Source: Eledone cirrhosa
Lineage: Eukaryota
DNA length: 64,000 bases
Assembly: GCA_964016885.1 (NCBI GenBank)
Contig: OZ024743.1
Location: 60,202,001-60,266,000 of the forward strand
Reading direction: 5' to 3'
This document shows, piece after piece, positions 61,260 to 64,000 of this stretch (position 1 is its first letter; the number at the start of each line of letters is the position of its first letter). The notes beneath the pieces were generated by a model. The model made no database searches. It was not told the DNA's origin and was given only the letters and a program-made list of their open reading frames with translations. The position numbers and the translations under genes were made by a program.

Positions 61260-63310
61260 ATTTGAGATTTTCCTAGATTCAGTTTAGTGTATTCGGTGCA
61301 TTATCGACAAGACTGCCCTCAGACTTGAGCAAGTAAACACCAATGCCATAATGAGAATACAGCCATCATCTGATGTGCCCGAACTGAAATTCTTTCTTTG
61401 ACTAATTAGCTATTACACTGCGTTTTACCAGCAATGCATTCTTTACTTGATCTAGATATTGTCAAAACAATGCAGTTGGGAATCATGTGGGTACCAAAGA
61501 GCTTTTGATGAAATGAGAAAAGTCCTACAGCCTGAACTCTTTCTGACACACTACAGATCTATCAATAAGTCTTAAGGCGGACGCACTGAACCTCGGATTT
61601 AGAGCAGTCGTAATACAATATTTCCAAGATAGTACCGAAAAAGTGATTTCCCATAAAGTATCGTCTCTAACTCCCACAGAACGCAACTGCATCCAGATTG
61701 AAAAGGAAGTACTTGGCATAATTTCTGCAGTGAAGACATTTCACAAGCTGCTATATGGTCGGCATTTTATACTAGCGACGGACCACAAGCAATTGCCCGC
61801 CACGCTTGGTTCCAAGAAACGTGTTCCAGTCCAACCAACGAATCTATTACAACGCCGAGCCACAATGTTACTTGTACTTGACTACAATTTTAAGAAAGAT
61901 TACGCTTCAATGGTGAAGATTGGACAAGCCAACGCTCTCTCACGCTTGACAATGACTCACACCATGCAACCAGAGGAAGTTGTCATTATATCAGTTGCTA
62001 TAGAATCGGACGTGAGCAGAGCAGTGATAAAGAAAATTAAGCAATTCCCGGTAATAATGCTATGGTTCGGGAGATGTCTAAGGTAACAATGCTGTTCCAG
62101 AAGATATGTGGCCAACGTATTCCCCGGGAGAAAAAGGACAGCTTTATCAATGATGAAACACATCATAGCTTGTTGGGGATGTTTCCCCTTTGCTGATAGG
62201 ATCGTACATCACACTGTTTTGCACAAACGAATTTTGACCAACATCCATAGAGTACATCATTGTATTAGATGAATGAATGTTCCTAGACGTAGCTATGTCT
62301 ACTAGCCGGGTAAGGATGACCAGCTGGAAAAGTTGTGTCAGAGATGTTTTAAATATGTAACCACACAGCAGCTACACAATTAATAACCACCAAAACCTTG
62401 CTCAAAACAGGAAACACCATGGTCACGCATTTACATTGATTTTGCTGGTCCAATCAACGATCAAAATTTCTTAATCTTTGTTGAGGCTTACAGTAATTAC
62501 TAGATGGTTTCATCTTGAGAGAAACCACTACAATATCCACAAGTGTATGATCCAGACATATATACCCGATTTTCGGTTACCCAGAGATTATATTATAAGA
62601 CAGCGGCACACAGTTCATGTCTCATCTGTTCAGCAATATCCCACGAAGCCTAGGAGTCGCGCACCACACCTCAGCACTTTTTCACTATCTATCGAACAGG
62701 CGGAATGCTTCGTGACAAATTAAAACGAGCATCCACAAAGTCAAAGGTGGAAGAGACGACGGCGCAAATCTTAAAAGAATTTCAACTAAACTACTAAACC
62801 TACAATGCCCAGACAATCACTTTCCTGCTGAAGTAATGGTGATGAAAGTGTTACGGTTAACTCAAGATGCAATTCGCCCAATATGTACGCACACATACGC
62901 TCAACCTATGATAGGAATAAAAACATTGTTCCAACCTAATAGTCGAGTACTTATAATATATTATGACCTGATCATCGACATTCGATTGTTGGAATTGTCT
63001 TTAAAAGCAGCTGACAAGCCATCTACACTAACCAGGTGTTTTCACTAACGTCAAATGACATACTAATCAACTACGTCCAACATATTACTCGGCATGCCTC
63101 ACAGAAGAACATTCACTATACTTTAATAATCTGATGGACCCTTTGGATTTGAAGACGCCAACCACTGAAGTCACTATTCCATCTACATCAAATACGATAA
63201 TCAAAAACTAGAAACAAGATTTTGAACCAATTCCATCAGAAAGAAAATGCTTCCATTCCAAGTCTATCCACGGTGAGAGACTTACAACAAGCATCCCAAA
63301 CGTGGAGGTA
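61260..63310 (+). pseudogene. Ty3/Gypsy pol remnant (RT end, RNase H, integrase)
   Basis: LTPTERNCIQIEKEVLGII...LYGRHFILATDHKQL and ANALSRL (RNase H region); a broken HHCC region; PWSRIYIDFAGP (integrase). Many stops and frameshifts. Confidence 0.85.
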
Positions 63311-63779
63311 TCAGGAAGGTCAGATTCTTAAGCATAATGTGTCCATCACCAAAAGGAAATGCAGAAATCTTCTTTTCTACGATAATTAGCCCCAATATAT
63401 GTTGGGAACATGTGTTTATACATGAATCGTCAATGTCCGCAGGTGATCAGCCCGCCAGCATGAAGTTTTTTTATCTGGCCCATTTCAGACAATAAAGAAT
63501 ATAACTATCCGTTGTAGGGACATTCACTTCAGCGTTTTAGATTGATGTGATGCAAAAACGTTTTGCATACGGCTATCTGAATGTTTCCTTCCTTATCACT
63601 AAGGGATTTAGCAGAAACATATTACATACATTAACTAAATGAAATTCATAATTACGATCTTCTGTAACTATTTAATATAACATTGATAATTGGATCCTAT
63701 AATACATATCTATTTCTCTTGTTTCCAATATTACTACGTTATGTTTTCCTTCTGCCTAAATCAGAAACCATTATTACAA

Positions 63780-64000
63780 CACCATGAGAGAGATGGATTG
63801 AGAGAATCAATACAGAGGCGGAAAAATTCTTTGCCGCATTTGTTCCAGCATTTTACATTCTAAATTCTTTACCTTTCCACTTTCCGGAATCGGTAAAATA
63901 AAATACCTTACAAGTACTGGGATCATGACTATTCGTTTCTCCTAAAATATCTTGCCATGTCCATATTTTAGAATCCATTGTTATAGCACTATAAGTTGTA
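63780..64000 (-). pseudogene. Possible hAT-like transposase relic
   Basis: Broken-frame AITMDSK/YGHGKIF...IPVLVRYFILPIPESGKVKNLE resembles the hAT xDxSN..K.FP..VRYF....G.K.KLL segment. Confidence 0.3.

Noticed and set aside
63850-64000. Exon of a Cys-loop or chemotactile receptor (DSKIWTWQDI resembles IWxPDI)
   Set aside because: The Pro is missing, no other receptor motifs follow and the frame soon stops. Adjacent frames fit a decayed hAT-like transposase better.

Overview
AT-rich, microsatellite-rich eukaryotic DNA, probably octopus or another cephalopod (inferred from the tRNA-derived SINE type and repeat landscape; not verified). No host gene exon could be supported. Most of the window is non-LTR retrotransposons. 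There are two Tx1/L1-clade families (gag-knuckle ORF1 plus APE-RT ORF2; five large copies and short fragments, all disrupted). There are R4/Dong-like REL-endonuclease elements: one full-length copy with an intact 1131-aa ORF at 57613-61008, a decayed copy of the same family with a 5' inversion, 3' fragments, and a second family. An RTE element, Penelope-like remnants with fold-back repeats, tRNA-SINEs, a Ty3/Gypsy pol remnant and possible DNA-transposon relics are also present. Three observations stand out. (1) All four Tx1 ORF1/ORF2 junctions carry a GTRAGT-type splice donor overlapping the ORF1 stop, with candidate acceptors at or after the ORF2 end, so ORF2 may be removable as an intron. 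(2) Each LINE family sits in its own microsatellite with a fixed orientation: Tx1-A in (TATC)n, Tx1-B in (ATT)n, Dong in (AAT)n, RTE in (TA)n, building stacks of about 11-12 kb. (3) An REL-type element has a twin-priming-like 5' inversion. Boundaries were read by eye and are approximate.
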